Shown piece by piece: positions 1-11,619 of a stretch of DNA of 35,379 nucleotides; within the stretch, counting starts at the first letter, position 1, and the number at the start of each line of letters is the position of its first letter. The stretch is from Trichodelitschia bisporula (Eukaryota), in contig ML996692.1 in assembly GCA_010356995.1 (NCBI GenBank), forward strand, positions 1,368,205 to 1,403,583. The letters are read 5' to 3'. The position numbers were made by a program, and so were the translations under genes. The notes under the pieces are model-generated. The model made no database searches, was not told the origin of the DNA, and saw nothing but the letters and a program-made list of their open reading frames with translations.

Positions 1-2
1 TG

Positions 3-3000
3 CTGAACAACGCGGCCACCGAGTCGCTGTTCAACGTTTGCCTTCAGAATTTCTTCGAGCGCCAGACCGAAATGCTCGAGGCCGAAGAGGTGTCGATCCC
101 CTCGACGTCGTACTTTGACAACACAGCCGTGGTCAAGGGTCTCCTCAAGCCCGGCACCGGCCTGCTGAGCATCCTCGACGATCAGGCGCGCCGGGGCAAG
201 ACGGACCACCAGTTCCTCGACGCCCTCAAGAAGCGCTTTGAGGGCAAGAACCCCGCCATCACGGTCGGTAGCTCGACAGCGGTGTTACCGGGCAGCAACT
301 TTCCCACGCAGAACGCTTCTGCATCCTTTTCGGTGCAGCACTTTACCGCCGAAATCGACTACCCGGTGGAGGGCCTGATGGAGGCCAATACCGAAATCAT
401 TTCCGGCGACATGCTCAGCCTCGTCGAGTCCACGCGCAGCGACTTTGTGCGCGAGATCTTTGGGCAGCCCGCTTTGAACAAGGTCGTTCACCCCAAGGAG
501 AAGACGGCCGTCATGCAGGCCTCGGTGTCGTCTAAGCCGACCCGCATGCCGAGCATGGCACGCCGCAAGTATGACCGGCTCGCGAGATCAGGCACGTCGC
601 GGGCCCCCAGGATGGAGGATGTCAGCGAAGATGAGAGCCGTACCAGCACTGGAATCGGCCGCGCGAGGAACGAAACCAACCAACAGGGTGTTGCTGCCCA
701 GTTCCTCACGTCACTAAACAACATCACCAAGTCGCTTACGGCGTTCAACACAAACTCGTACTTTGTGTTCTGTCTCAAGCCCAATGACCGCCGCATCGCA
801 AACCAGTTTGACAGCAAGTGCGTGCGTAGTCAGATTCAGGCCCTCGGCATTGCGGAGATCAGCCAGCGCCAGCGGGTCGCCGATTTCAGCATCTTTATTC
901 CATTTGGCGAGTTTTTGGGCTTAGTGAATGGCGGCGATCCGACGTTCCTCGTCGGTGAGCGCGATAAGGCTGAGACCGTGTTGGACGAGAAGCGCTGGCC
1001 TTCGAATGAGGCTCGTTGTGGCGCAACCGGCGTCTTCCTCAGCGAGCGGTGCTGGATGGAGCTTACCAACATGAGGTCACCAACGCCCCGCGGTGAAGCA
1101 GAAGATGATGGCGTAACGCCCGGCACGCGCGGCTTCAACGACTCCAAGTCGCGTCTCATCCCGTCTCCGGGCGGCTTCTACGACGACAAGAACGGTAGCT
1201 ACTTCGGCACCCGCGATGTCGACGCCAAGTCTGAAGCTGGCGTCTCTGCGCTCGGTGGTGACATGTTCCGCAACATGGAGACGATCCAGCAGATGGCGGA
1301 AAAAGGCAACGAGGTCAAGATGGAGACGGTCGACGAATTGCCTGTGTCAAGCAGCCGTAAACGCTGGCTGTTTTTGGTCTACCTCCTGACCTTTTACATC
1401 CCCGACTTTGCCATCCGTCTTTGCCTGCGCAAGCCGCGCAAGGACGTGCGTATTGCGTGGCGCGAAAAGTTTGCCATCAATCTGCTCATCTGGCTGAGCT
1501 GCGGCCTGGTCGTGTTCCTCATGATTGGGTTCCCGGAGCTCATCTGTCCGAAGCAAAACGTCTTTACCGCGGATGAGCTGTCCTCGTTCAATGGCAAGGG
1601 CGGCAAGTCCGCGTATGTCGCCATGCGCGGGAATGTCTACGACCTCGGGAGCTTCATTCCCCGGCACTATCCGTCCATCATCCCGGCGACGATGCTTAAG
1701 AAATACGCTGGTATGGACGCAACGAATTTGTTCCCTGTTCAGGTTTCGGCGCTGTGCAACGGCAAAAGCGGCAGCATTGATCCATCGGTGCCGCTCAGCT
1801 TCAAGAGCTCCAACTATACCGGCCAGAACGTGCTCGTCAGCGGCTCGGACTTGAATGCGCGGTATCACGACTTCCGCGCGTGGACCAACGACTCGCGGCC
1901 CGATTGGTGGTGGGAGCAGCAGATGATGCTCAAGCACCAGTATCTCAAGGGACATATTGGATACTCGCCGCAGTATATCAAGACGCTCGGGAAGAAGCAG
2001 AACGCGATTGCCATCCTCCACGACAAAGTGTACGACCTGACCGCGTACATTGCTGGCGGCCGTGCCCCGCAGTTCAAGGTTGGCGAACAGAGGCCGGCAA
2101 CGCTCCCCGATGTGGACTTCATGGATGAGAGTGTCGTTACCCTCTTCCAAGGCCTCTCTGGTCAGGATGTCAGCAAGTACTGGGACACGCTGGCGATCGA
2201 CCCCGACGTCAAGAACCGCATGAAGGTGTGCCTCGATAACCTGTTCTACGTCGGCGCCGTCGACACGCGCAATTCCACGCAATGTTTGTTCGCCAAGTAT
2301 CTGCTCCTTGCCATCTCGATTTTGCTAGTCAGCGTCATCGGCTTCAAGTTCTTGGCTGCTCTGCAGTTTGGCAAGAAGAATGTCCCCGAGAACCTCGACA
2401 AGTTCATCATTTGCACTGTTCCTGCCTACACCGAGGACGAAGACTCGCTCAGACGCGCTCTCGACTCGGCTGCCCGCATGCGGTATGATGACCGCCGTAA
2501 ACTGCTCGTCATCATCTGCGACGGTATGATTATTGGTCAGGGCAACGACAGGTCTACGCCGCGCATCGTTCTGGACATTCTCGGAGTCCCCGAATCTACG
2601 AATCCCGAAGCTTTGAGCTTTGAGAGTCTGGGCGAGGGCCTCAAGCAGCACAACATGGGTAAGGTGTACTCTGGCTTGTACGAGGTGCAGGGCCACATCG
2701 TGCCGTTCCTTGTCGTAGTCAAGGTTGGCAAGCCGTCTGAGGTCCAGAAGCCGGGCAACCGTGGCAAGCGTGACTCGCAGATGATCCTGATGCGCTTCCT
2801 GAACCGTGTCCACTACAACCTCCCGATGACACCGATGGAGCTCGAGATGCACCACCAGATCCGCAACATTATCGGCGTCAACCCCACGTTTTACGAATTC
2901 TGCTTGCAGATTGACGCTGACACGGTCGTCGCGCGTGACTCGGCTACCCGCATGGTCTCCGCCTTCATCTCGGATACCCGCCTCATCGGTGTGTGTGGCG

Positions 3001-4301
3001 AGACGGCTCTTACCAACGCCAAGGCGTCGTTCATCACCATGATCCAGGTCTACGAGTACTACATCTCGCACAACTTGACCAAGGCTTTCGAAAGCTTGTT
3101 TGGGTCGGTGACGTGTTTGCCTGGTTGCTTCAGCATGTATCGCATCCGCGCTGCCGACTCCGGGAAGCCCCTGTTTGTCAGCAAAGAGGTCATTGATGCG
3201 TACTCGGAGATCCGCGTCGACACGCTGCATATGAAGAATCTGCTGCATCTCGGCGAGGACCGTTATCTCACCACCCTGCTGCTCAAGTTCCACTCGAGCT
3301 ACAAGACGAAGTACATCTTCCGCGCTCAGGCCTGGACCATCGCGCCAGAATCCTGGGCCGTGTTCATGTCGCAGCGCCGCCGCTGGATCAATTCTACCGT
3401 GCACAACCTGATCGAGCTGATTCCGCTCCAACAGCTTTGTGGCTTCTGCTGCTTCAGCATGCGCTTCATCGTCTTCCTCGACCTGCTCTCCACCATCGTC
3501 CAGCCCGTCATCATCGGCTACATCACTTACCTCATCGTCCTCCTCTCAACCGAAGCCTCCGTCGTCCCCGTCACCGCCTTCATCCTCCTCGGCGCCATTT
3601 ACGGTCTCCAGGCTATCATCTTCATCATGCGCCGCAAATGGGAAATGATCGGCTGGATGATCATCTACATGCTTGCTACGCCTGTATTTTCCTTCGGTTT
3701 GCCGCTCTACGCCTTCTGGCACATGGACGATTTCTCCTGGGGCAATACCCGTGTGGTCACCGGTGAGAAGGGCCAGAAAGTGGTCGTTTCTGACGAGGGC
3801 AAGTTCGATCCTTCGAGCATCCCGCGCAAGAAGTGGGATGACTACCAGATGGAGCTCTGGGACGCGCAAACCCATGACGACGGCCGCTCCGAAGTCTCGG
3901 GCGTGAGCTATGCGACGAAGTCCTACGGGCTGGGCGGGCGCACGCCCCCGCCCGCTCCCGGAAGCGAGTACGGCGTGCCGCTCGGCGTCGGGCTAGGCGG
4001 GTACGGTGGGTCCCGGCCCGCTAGCACCCTTCACATGCCCGCGTTCCCCAACTCCAGCCGTATGAGCGTAGCCAACAGCGGCTTTGCCGGCGCGGATGGA
4101 GTCGAGATGACGGAGTTGGGTCTCCCGGCTGACGATGCTCTACTGGCGGAGATTAGGGATATACTCCGGAATGCGGATTTGATGAGTGTGACGAAGAAGA
4201 GTATTAAGATGGAGTTGGAGAGGAGGTTTGGGGTGCCGTTGGATGCGAAGAGGGTTTATATTGGGAGTGCGACGGAGGCGGTTTTGCAGGGGCAGTTGTA
4301 G
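3..4301 (+). CDS. Class V chitin synthase with N-terminal myosin motor-like domain (CsmA/ChsV type); 5' end lies outside the window
   Basis: The frame is open from position 3 ([20 protein letters not shown]...). It encodes a myosin-like segment ([24 protein letters not shown]), cytochrome-b5-like domains, GT2 chitin synthase motifs ([30 protein letters not shown]) and a C-terminal DEK-like domain ([20 protein letters not shown]). Stop TAG at 4299-4301. Confidence 0.95.
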   Translation: MNNAATESLFNVCLQNFFERQTEMLEAEEVSIPSTSYFDNTAVVKGLLKPGTGLLSILDDQARRGKTDHQFLDALKKRFEGKNPAITVGSSTAVLPGSNFPTQNASASFSVQHFTAEIDYPVEGLMEANTEIISGDMLSLVESTRSDFVREIFGQPALNKVVHPKEKTAVMQASVSSKPTRMPSMARRKYDRLARSGTSRAPRMEDVSEDESRTSTGIGRARNETNQQGVAAQFLTSLNNITKSLTAFNTNSYFVFCLKPNDRRIANQFDSKCVRSQIQALGIAEISQRQRVADFSIFIPFGEFLGLVNGGDPTFLVGERDKAETVLDEKRWPSNEARCGATGVFLSERCWMELTNMRSPTPRGEAEDDGVTPGTRGFNDSKSRLIPSPGGFYDDKNGSYFGTRDVDAKSEAGVSALGGDMFRNMETIQQMAEKGNEVKMETVDELPVSSSRKRWLFLVYLLTFYIPDFAIRLCLRKPRKDVRIAWREKFAINLLIWLSCGLVVFLMIGFPELICPKQNVFTADELSSFNGKGGKSAYVAMRGNVYDLGSFIPRHYPSIIPATMLKKYAGMDATNLFPVQVSALCNGKSGSIDPSVPLSFKSSNYTGQNVLVSGSDLNARYHDFRAWTNDSRPDWWWEQQMMLKHQYLKGHIGYSPQYIKTLGKKQNAIAILHDKVYDLTAYIAGGRAPQFKVGEQRPATLPDVDFMDESVVTLFQGLSGQDVSKYWDTLAIDPDVKNRMKVCLDNLFYVGAVDTRNSTQCLFAKYLLLAISILLVSVIGFKFLAALQFGKKNVPENLDKFIICTVPAYTEDEDSLRRALDSAARMRYDDRRKLLVIICDGMIIGQGNDRSTPRIVLDILGVPESTNPEALSFESLGEGLKQHNMGKVYSGLYEVQGHIVPFLVVVKVGKPSEVQKPGNRGKRDSQMILMRFLNRVHYNLPMTPMELEMHHQIRNIIGVNPTFYEFCLQIDADTVVARDSATRMVSAFISDTRLIGVCGETALTNAKASFITMIQVYEYYISHNLTKAFESLFGSVTCLPGCFSMYRIRAADSGKPLFVSKEVIDAYSEIRVDTLHMKNLLHLGEDRYLTTLLLKFHSSYKTKYIFRAQAWTIAPESWAVFMSQRRRWINSTVHNLIELIPLQQLCGFCCFSMRFIVFLDLLSTIVQPVIIGYITYLIVLLSTEASVVPVTAFILLGAIYGLQAIIFIMRRKWEMIGWMIIYMLATPVFSFGLPLYAFWHMDDFSWGNTRVVTGEKGQKVVVSDEGKFDPSSIPRKKWDDYQMELWDAQTHDDGRSEVSGVSYATKSYGLGGRTPPPAPGSEYGVPLGVGLGGYGGSRPASTLHMPAFPNSSRMSVANSGFAGADGVEMTELGLPADDALLAEIRDILRNADLMSVTKKSIKMELERRFGVPLDAKRVYIGSATEAVLQGQL

Positions 4302-5799
4302 GGAGGTTAAGGGGGGGGAGGGGACTAGGTTTGTGGGGAGTGAGCATTGGGTTTGTTGTAAGGTCTTGATTTTTCGTTGAAGAGCCTTGTATAAAAGCGT
4401 TTTTGAGGCTGGGTAGCATGTAATGTGTGGCGGGGGTTGGGAGCGGTCTAGTAAGGTGTGGGTGTTGTGGGCATGTCGAGGCGACTGGCCTTCAAGCATA
4501 CGCTCCTTTGAACAACGGTGCGCCGCCTTTTCGGGCGGATGGTGAGCATATAGAGGCGTTTAGTAATGCAGGGTCTTTGGCTGCTATGGTGCGGTGTGTG
4601 TTGGTGATGTGTGAGGGCCTAGGGCTTGCGTGTTGTGAAGCATTTTGACAAAGCAGGCACATCATGACGGGAGACACACGGACAGGTGATGGTGTTTTTT
4701 GGGGCTTCAGATGCTTCTACCCTAGATGTAGAGTGCTTCCACTGTGGTATCATCTTCGAAGTGCCTTGTAAGGCACTCTGTGTGGTGTCTTCCCGAATAC
4801 TTCTTTAAACCCGACCTTTCACTCATCGTCGACCAACGGGGATGTATAAATGCAACTCTACTGCCCTTGCCGTGTGACCAGGCCGGCCAAATGCTCCTGT
4901 TGCTGCGGAGGCGTTCGAGCTGCAACTTTCGGCCCTTGCCGGTAACTACTGGACTGTTCACATGCCCCTCTCGACGCGGGGTGGTGAAGGGGGTGATGTT
5001 GTTCGAGGTGAGGTAAATGTAGACATGAGGAAGGAGCATTGCTATGCAGGAAGCGACATGGAAAGATGATGTAATATGCGCATGATGGGAGGAAGGAACA
5101 TGGGAGGATACTTGTTGGCATCATCATGTATTTAGTCTCGAGGGTCTCTTGATTCTCTTCTCCTCGTCTTCTATCAACTCTTCACTTCGCTCCCTAGTCA
5201 TTTGCACGGGTCGAACCTATCCTTTCCCTTAAGCTGCTCTCGGCAGGGCCCCTAAAGAAGCACTCGTCCCAGATATCTCCTATTCCTCCTCCACTCACTC
5301 AACGGGAACGGAAACGCCGAGCAATCGACTTGCCTTGAAGCCTACTGCCGCTGCGAATAGGGGGGCCTTACAGGTTTCCAAAAAGCAGGAGGATACTATA
5401 AAGTACGGATCAGTCATATGGAGAGTGAGAGGCACGCTAGGTTTCAAATTGCCTGATTTTCGATTGCTTCTCCTAATCTTCTAATCACCCAGTGTCAGTA
5501 TCTACAATCACAACCTCCTGCCCCATCTGGCGCAGTGCGTGCAGCGACATCCTTTAGCGCTCATCGGGGGGACAGGTCCTAGGGGTGAGGGGATCTCAGA
5601 ATAGTCACCATGTCAGTTTTCAAAATCCAACACTCACCATTGATATATAATAATGCTAATTAGGTTCAGGCCGTGTACACCGTATTAGCCCAAATGCGTG
5701 GAGTATCGCTCTGCAAATGCCAACCAAGTAATAGTACGAAAGGCGCATCATTCCTATGACCCACGGGCTGATCAGCCTTCACACCAGGGGGTCGTGGAA

Positions 5800-8700
5800 T
5801 CACGGGCTCCCGCTGAAGAGACTGCTAAAGCTACTCCGACTATCAAACGACCCACGCCCCTCATCCACACGCACAAGCGTCGCGCGCCCGGCACTCTTCC
5901 GCAACCCCGCGCTCTTTTGCGAAGGCGACTCCGGGCTACCCAGCACGCGCTCATCTCCCAACTCAAACCCCTTGGGTAGCGGTGCTTGCTGCGTACCGGT
6001 ACCGCCATCGACGGTCTCCGGGTCTTCATCGAATAGGGAGGAAAAACTCGTACACGCTCTTTTCGGCGAGGGAGAGGAGAGCAGCGGGGATATGGCTGAG
6101 CGCTTCCGTTTCGGGGTGGGAGATGAGATGGGCATGGGGGCTGGGGGGGTGATGTCGAAAGGGGGTATTTCGGGGAGGAGGAGGTTGTTGGCTTGGTCGG
6201 AGGGTGGGGGAAGGGAGGGTTGTGAGCTGCTTCCGCTCGGATCAGCTGCACCCTCGGCAGTGGGCATACTCTCTACATGCCCGGGTAAGTTCCCGACGGA
6301 CAACCGCTGGGTCCATGCACTTGGGTCTATGTTCATGAGTCCGGCGCTGATGTCCATGCCCTCTGCGTCGAATAGGGCTCCGAGGGAGGGGAGGCGCGAG
6401 CCTGGCAGGGAGAGCGGCATGTCGAATGCCTCCTCCGGCAGGGCCGTCGGAAGCTCGGCGCTCGGCTGCAGGTCGAATCCCGCATCCGGCCCGACGGCCG
6501 GAGGCTCGCTTGCTTGCGGCATAGGCGTGGACGGGACCGACCTAGGCGGGGCCGGGAACGAAGAGCCCCTAGCTTCCGAGGGGGGGGGCGTCTGCGACGC
6601 GACTTGCGCTTCTAGTTGCGCGATGCGCTGCATCATCCATAGGAGGGCTGGGTCTTGGGCGGGCGGGGCGGGGGGTGGGTACATTGGTGCCGCTGGTGCG
6701 GGTGTGGGAACGGGCACTGGGGGAAAGAGGGTGGGGTCAATGAGTGAGGAGGGCATGGGAAGTGGGGGGGGTGGGGGTGGGAGCGTCTTGGGGGAGGCGT
6801 GGGTGCTGGAGGACTCAGGGGCGGGCTGTAGGTAGGCTTCGTACAGGGAGGGATCGGGTTCGAATGTAAAGTCTCCCCAGTTTGTGGGGTCAGGGATGGA
6901 CTGGGGCGCGTGGGCTTGCGCTTCCGGGGGCAGGCCGTAGCTTGCTGCTGAGGTTGGGAGCGCGTTCCAGGGGGCGTGGTATACAGCCTCGTGGTAGGCG
7001 TCCTGATTGAAAACCTCGCCTGGTACATCTATGCCCATCGGATCCATGTACGATCTAGCCGGCATCTCTGGTGGGTCGTAATAAAGGGGGACACCAGAAG
7101 CATCCTGCGCTGGATCAGGCTCTGCCGGATGCCCCTTCCTGTAACCCTTCTTACCTTTGACGCGGTATCTGGTCTCCGGCAGAATCGCATCGGCAGGATA
7201 GTGCTGCCCAGGGGGCGGCGGCGAAAGAGGCGGAAGGACCATGCTGCGATTACGCCGGCCCTTCCGCACAGCAGCCTTCTTTTCCCGCCGGTCCATAGCG
7301 CGCTTGGGCTTCAAGTGCGTCAGCGGCGCTTCTCCGGGTTTCCTGCGCGGAGCGCGGCCGTGATAAAACCCCGCGTCCTCAATTTCCTGCGAGTAGGCGA
7401 CGTGAACCTCGCGGAGAGGCCTCCTTAGCCGGGCAGCGCGGTACTTAAGCGCGACCTCCTTGCGCTTGCGCAGGCTCGTTTCCAGCGCTGCCCGCGAACT
7501 GTTCAGCCACGCTGCCTTGGGGACTAGCTTCGCGATGTCCGACATGCGGTATTTGAGGCCGACCCAGAGGAGGGGTTCTTGGTGCATGTCTGTCCAGTGG
7601 TTCGTCATGATTTCCTCTGGCGTCAGGTGCGTGGGGTACTCGTCTTGCAGGAGCTGGCCGGCGACGGGCTTGGGTGTGTCTGATGCCTGGCGCTCTTTCT
7701 TCGGGTCCATGAGGCTTACTGCCGTGTCCAGATCGGCGAAACAGCGGCTCGTGTCTTTCAGCTTCGCGACCATCGGGTGCAACTTACCCCCTGGATGGGG
7801 AGCCTCGGAGAGATGGATACCATTTATGATGGCCTGGATCCGGCGGGCGAACGTGCCGTCCGGATGGGCGACGATTTCCTTGCCGACTGCAGACAGAGAC
7901 GCCGGGTTTTCGAGCTCGACATACTCAGGTGGTGTCCAGAGGTGCTTGTTCAGAAACTCGCCGACGTTGTTGACCTCCGGGTCATCGTCAATGGCTTCGT
8001 AAAGCGCCTCATAATGCTCCTGCTGGCCAGAGATGTAGCCCTCGCCCAGCACCTGGCGCACGGCAATGAGCAGCCTGTTCCGCACGTTGCTCGGATCGAT
8101 GCCGCCGGACTCAATGCCGCGCGCCTTGTTGATTTGATTGGCCATGCCGGTGAAGCCCCAGCTCCGCGAAATAACGCGGTAATGGTAGTGCAGGGCGAGC
8201 AGCGCGAGGCCCGGCCATGTCATTACGTGCTCTGGGTAGTAGATGAGCAGTTCCCGCAGCGTGATGTCGATCATGATGTCCTGCGGCAGAGTGGTGGTGA
8301 AGGACGGCGCGCCCTTGATGTGCTTCCAGCTCGGCGGTGCGACCCGCTTGTAGCTGCCCATCTTCGGGGACCTTTTAACTTTTGCCCCGAGGCCGGCGAG
8401 AATGGACGGGTCGACGATGAGGTGCTTGTGGTCGTTGACCAGCCAGATGACGTGCGTGTGCTCCTCACCCGGCCAGAGATTCCGCTCCTCGATTTCAAAC
8501 CGCGGACACCCGTCGTCGGACCCGGAGTATGTCACCAGATTGACGATGTAGCGCTCCCCGCGCTGCAGCGCGAACATGCGGAAAAGGAGGAGCACCTCCC
8601 CGAGGGACGGCTCAAACCTGGCCTGCACGCGCGTCAGCAGGTCAGCGTACTCCTCGTTGCTGAGAAAATCCTCAGCGGTGATAACTTGCGCCTGGAAGTC

Positions 8701-8994
8701 GGCGCTGGTGTACATCTCGAGCAGCGTCTCGGCGGTGGAACCGGTCACACCGGGGAGGGAGGCGAGACTGTCGGCCATGCCGCGGATGATCGAGGCCGTG
8801 TTTGTGAAGGACACGATTGGCTGCTGGAACCCTGTGCTTGCCAGGGCGGTTAGTTCATCGGCGACGGAGGGCGGGCCTTGGAGGTAGATGCATGGATATC
8901 GGCCGAACACGAAATTGGGACAGGTCCGCCAGGGACCGCCCGTTGAGCGCCTGCGCTCGGGAGAGGAGCTTCCTCTGAGACGTCCGGTCCACAT
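5800..8994 (-). CDS. Uncharacterised ~1064-aa protein with globular N-terminal/central part and Pro/Ser-rich disordered C-terminus; true start uncertain
   Basis: 3.2-kb uninterrupted ORF with protein-like composition. It has basic NLS-like patches (RKRKEV, KKAAVRKGRR, PKRKRS) and no family I can name with confidence. Confidence 0.8.
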   Translation of the reverse strand: MWTGRLRGSSSPERRRSTGGPWRTCPNFVFGRYPCIYLQGPPSVADELTALASTGFQQPIVSFTNTASIIRGMADSLASLPGVTGSTAETLLEMYTSADFQAQVITAEDFLSNEEYADLLTRVQARFEPSLGEVLLLFRMFALQRGERYIVNLVTYSGSDDGCPRFEIEERNLWPGEEHTHVIWLVNDHKHLIVDPSILAGLGAKVKRSPKMGSYKRVAPPSWKHIKGAPSFTTTLPQDIMIDITLRELLIYYPEHVMTWPGLALLALHYHYRVISRSWGFTGMANQINKARGIESGGIDPSNVRNRLLIAVRQVLGEGYISGQQEHYEALYEAIDDDPEVNNVGEFLNKHLWTPPEYVELENPASLSAVGKEIVAHPDGTFARRIQAIINGIHLSEAPHPGGKLHPMVAKLKDTSRCFADLDTAVSLMDPKKERQASDTPKPVAGQLLQDEYPTHLTPEEIMTNHWTDMHQEPLLWVGLKYRMSDIAKLVPKAAWLNSSRAALETSLRKRKEVALKYRAARLRRPLREVHVAYSQEIEDAGFYHGRAPRRKPGEAPLTHLKPKRAMDRREKKAAVRKGRRNRSMVLPPLSPPPPGQHYPADAILPETRYRVKGKKGYRKGHPAEPDPAQDASGVPLYYDPPEMPARSYMDPMGIDVPGEVFNQDAYHEAVYHAPWNALPTSAASYGLPPEAQAHAPQSIPDPTNWGDFTFEPDPSLYEAYLQPAPESSSTHASPKTLPPPPPPLPMPSSLIDPTLFPPVPVPTPAPAAPMYPPPAPPAQDPALLWMMQRIAQLEAQVASQTPPPSEARGSSFPAPPRSVPSTPMPQASEPPAVGPDAGFDLQPSAELPTALPEEAFDMPLSLPGSRLPSLGALFDAEGMDISAGLMNIDPSAWTQRLSVGNLPGHVESMPTAEGAADPSGSSSQPSLPPPSDQANNLLLPEIPPFDITPPAPMPISSPTPKRKRSAISPLLSSPSPKRACTSFSSLFDEDPETVDGGTGTQQAPLPKGFELGDERVLGSPESPSQKSAGLRKSAGRATLVRVDEGRGSFDSRSSFSSLFSGSP

Positions 8995-9237
8995 GATTGT
9001 TGCGGATGGAAGCTAGTGATGTATTGAGTCGAGTGGCTGCGAGCGATATATTGCAACAGGACGATGGAACCGTGAGCGGTATATCTATCGAGTGTGCCCT
9101 CCTTGTCCGAGTGCGTGAATGCCCTGAAGGCCATTGTACTCAGCAACATCACAAAGGACAAAGGACAAGGCCGTTGTGCGGATAATTGGTGATTGGAACA
9201 ATCAGGACAAAGCCCTCACTGTCCAGGTGCACTCCTA

Positions 9238-10368
9238 TCACGAAGGGCTTCCTCCAAAGACGAATCGCTGCCAGTTGTCGCCGAGCTGCTTCACGCCGTG
9301 GTCAAGCGTCCACCCCTTCAGATCGCATATTTTACGCACAATGTCCTCCAGATGCCGGTCCATTCGCGGCCCGGCAGTGTGCAGGTCGCTTTCCGCCAGG
9401 ATTCGATCATCGGGAAGTGCGCAGATTACGGCTTCGGCCTTTGATGCAGCAGCAGAGGAGAAGTTGATTGCCGTGGAAAACGAGAAGTAGATTTCCGTCG
9501 GAATCGAGGGCTGCAGGTAGAGTTTCACCGAGTCGGGCGGGCCCGAGTACGAGTGGAGACAGACACGAGGCGGGTACGGCTGCGGACCAGATGATGGCAT
9601 CCGGGCTTCCTCGGTTGACTCGGTCGGTCCGCCAACCTGGCGCTTCCGCTCGCGCCTACTCAACACCTTCCGCTCATGCCCTTTCCAGGTCTCGGAGAGT
9701 GTGTCAAATAGCACGCCGTGGGCCTGAACTCCGTGCACAGATACGGCCCGCTGCATCTCGCCGGCGAGAGCGAGTTGAGCCTTGAGGACTTTGCGCTGGT
9801 GCTCCATCTGCACTCGATACTGCGACAGCTGGCGCCCCTCGCGGCCACCAGGGGTCAGAGAGTCGTCGCACCCGCGGCTGTCTGGCAGCCATGCTTCTGG
9901 GATGCGGAAGGCTTTGTCGAGGCCGACTTCTCCGATCAGGGCGGGTGGGAACCGTTCGAGAAAGTCCCGTGTCTGCGTTAGAAACTCGGAGAACGGGCGC
10001 GGAGAGGGCAGGGAGAGGATGAAGTTGTGGTCTTCTGGGGTCGGGGCGAGGACGGACTGGTAATGGCGCACCTTGTCGTCGTCACTGAGGCTTTTGCTGT
10101 TATACTCGTCCTCGTCGAACATTTGGTGGGAGAACCAGGGGTGCCAGCCGAAAGAGGGGATGACCCGGCATTCAACGTCGTCTTTGTCTTTGTCCTTGCT
10201 GCCGAGTTTGTCCGCGACTTCGGCCACCAGGTGTTGATCCTGAGCACGTGTGGCCATAATCGTTAGTGCTCTGGCTTTCATGTGCGGAATCTCATCTATT
10301 GAGGCCATTGTGTCAGTTGGATGACAATGGGCATCAAAGACGCCGAGGTGCCATGGGAAGTCGGCCAT
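9238..10368 (-). CDS. TatD-family metal-dependent hydrolase/DNase (Scn1/Cut9-interacting-protein-like)
   Basis: Motifs FDAHCHPTD, FGWHPW, IGEVGLDK, SVHGVQAHG, CLHSYSG and ILAESD. The probable ATG is at 10368 (MADFPWHLG); the upstream part of the listed ORF looks like UTR/promoter. Confidence 0.9.
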   Translation of the reverse strand: MADFPWHLGVFDAHCHPTDTMASIDEIPHMKARALTIMATRAQDQHLVAEVADKLGSKDKDKDDVECRVIPSFGWHPWFSHQMFDEDEYNSKSLSDDDKVRHYQSVLAPTPEDHNFILSLPSPRPFSEFLTQTRDFLERFPPALIGEVGLDKAFRIPEAWLPDSRGCDDSLTPGGREGRQLSQYRVQMEHQRKVLKAQLALAGEMQRAVSVHGVQAHGVLFDTLSETWKGHERKVLSRRERKRQVGGPTESTEEARMPSSGPQPYPPRVCLHSYSGPPDSVKLYLQPSIPTEIYFSFSTAINFSSAAASKAEAVICALPDDRILAESDLHTAGPRMDRHLEDIVRKICDLKGWTLDHGVKQLGDNWQRFVFGGSPS

Positions 10369-10399
10369 GGAGAAGCGGAGACCGTGTGGTGAGTTAAGA

Positions 10400-10418
10400 G
10401 GGTTAGGGTTAGGGTTAG
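10400..10418 (+). repeat. Short interstitial telomere-like repeat (TTAGGG)x~3
   Basis: gggttagggttagggttag, about 32 nt upstream of the TatD ATG. Confidence 0.85.
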
Positions 10419-10649
10419 ACGTCTCACAAAGTCCAAATCGATTATGTGAATTCGGAGGCAAAGCCGTGCATGCGCAATTCGCGATTTTTGTACCGGAAGC
10501 TTGACGTGAAGCGCGTCCTGCGCCGCGATGCATCATCACCGTTGCGTGACGTAGTGCGGGACCTTTCGGGCCGATCACATGCGACCTCACCCCCGCATTA
10601 GATGCCATCTCCACCTCCAACCCACCTTCATCACTGTCATGCCACTACA

Positions 10650-11354
10650 ATGTTATCTCCAATCCGCCTCCTCGCGCCCCCCACATTCCTGCTTCTCGCC
10701 CTTCCCCTCGCCGTCTTCGCCGCGCTAACCACCTCCCTCGCCCTCACCGTCCTCTCCGTCCGCCTCTGCATCGTCTATTCCGAGCTCACCGTCGCCCTCG
10801 TCTACAGCTGGCTCTTCGCAAAGAACACCGCGCTGCCCTCCTCCTCGCAGCGCACCCCCCAGCGCACCCCGCCGCGCCGCCGCAGCAGCATCGCCCTCAG
10901 CACGCATTCCAGCACCGAGACCCTCCGCGGCCCATCCAAGACCCCGCGCTCGACGCCAATTCACATCAGCCTCGGCGCAGATCGCGACTTCGAGGGCGTG
11001 GGCGGGTGGCGCGTCGCGGGGGCGGCGCCGGAGGAGGTCCAATGGACGAAGATGAATGAGCGTCTGGAGTTGCCTGCTTCGCCGGCTGAATTGCGGCGGC
11101 AGCGGCATCATGTGCGAAGCTTGACGGGCGGGGCGTCGGAGGAGCGGCTTGCGTGGAGTCCGGGCGCGGTGCGGTTGAGTCCTGCTCATAGTCGGCCGCG
11201 GACGCCGAATACGAGTGCTTTTGGCGTGGAGGGGTATTTTGACATTCAGGGGCGGAGAAAGAGCAGTGATAGTCTGAGGAAGGATGATCACAAACGCATG
11301 TCCACGGCTTCGTCGTCGAGCTCGCTCAAGGGCCTTAAAGTGGCGTTTTGCTGA
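10650..11354 (+). CDS. Hypothetical protein with N-terminal hydrophobic/TM segments and Ser/Arg-rich tail
   Basis: ATG in good context at 10650 (acaATG). Hydrophobic N-terminus (FLLLALPLAVFAALTTSLALTVLSVRLCIVY) followed by the conserved-looking blocks DRDFEGVGGWR and WTKMNERLELP. Confidence 0.75.
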   Translation: MLSPIRLLAPPTFLLLALPLAVFAALTTSLALTVLSVRLCIVYSELTVALVYSWLFAKNTALPSSSQRTPQRTPPRRRSSIALSTHSSTETLRGPSKTPRSTPIHISLGADRDFEGVGGWRVAGAAPEEVQWTKMNERLELPASPAELRRQRHHVRSLTGGASEERLAWSPGAVRLSPAHSRPRTPNTSAFGVEGYFDIQGRRKSSDSLRKDDHKRMSTASSSSSLKGLKVAFC

Positions 11355-11619
11355 TGCGGGAATGGTACATCTGGAGTTTCTTGGTGAATGAGAGACGTAC
11401 AGGAGATTTGTGAGGCGCAACCAATTGGGGGGCTCCATTCGGACGTATTCCTTTGTTTCTTCGTGTCTCGCTGGCCATGAGATGCGCACTTCTCCCTCGG
11501 ATCACCGGAACGGGTTAAAGGATGTCGAACTTCACCCCGTTGACGAACCCCGCTGGTGGACCCAGTCTCCACGCAATTGGCTTCAACATTCGTCCGAGCT
11601 AGGCAACCAACATCAAAAA

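Noticed and set aside
285..3875. Long antisense/overlapping ORFs in the chitin synthase (also 26561-28576 in SPF1 and 7777-8853)
   Set aside because: Shadow ORFs expected from high GC3 codon bias; they carry no independent motifs.
4500..5750. Short ORFs between the chitin synthase and the orphan gene
   Set aside because: No recognisable motifs or consistent splice model; could be UTR or eroded sequence.
10369..10620. 84-aa N-terminal extension of the TatD ORF
   Set aside because: It runs through the telomeric tract and the divergent promoter; the conserved domain starts at MADFPW.
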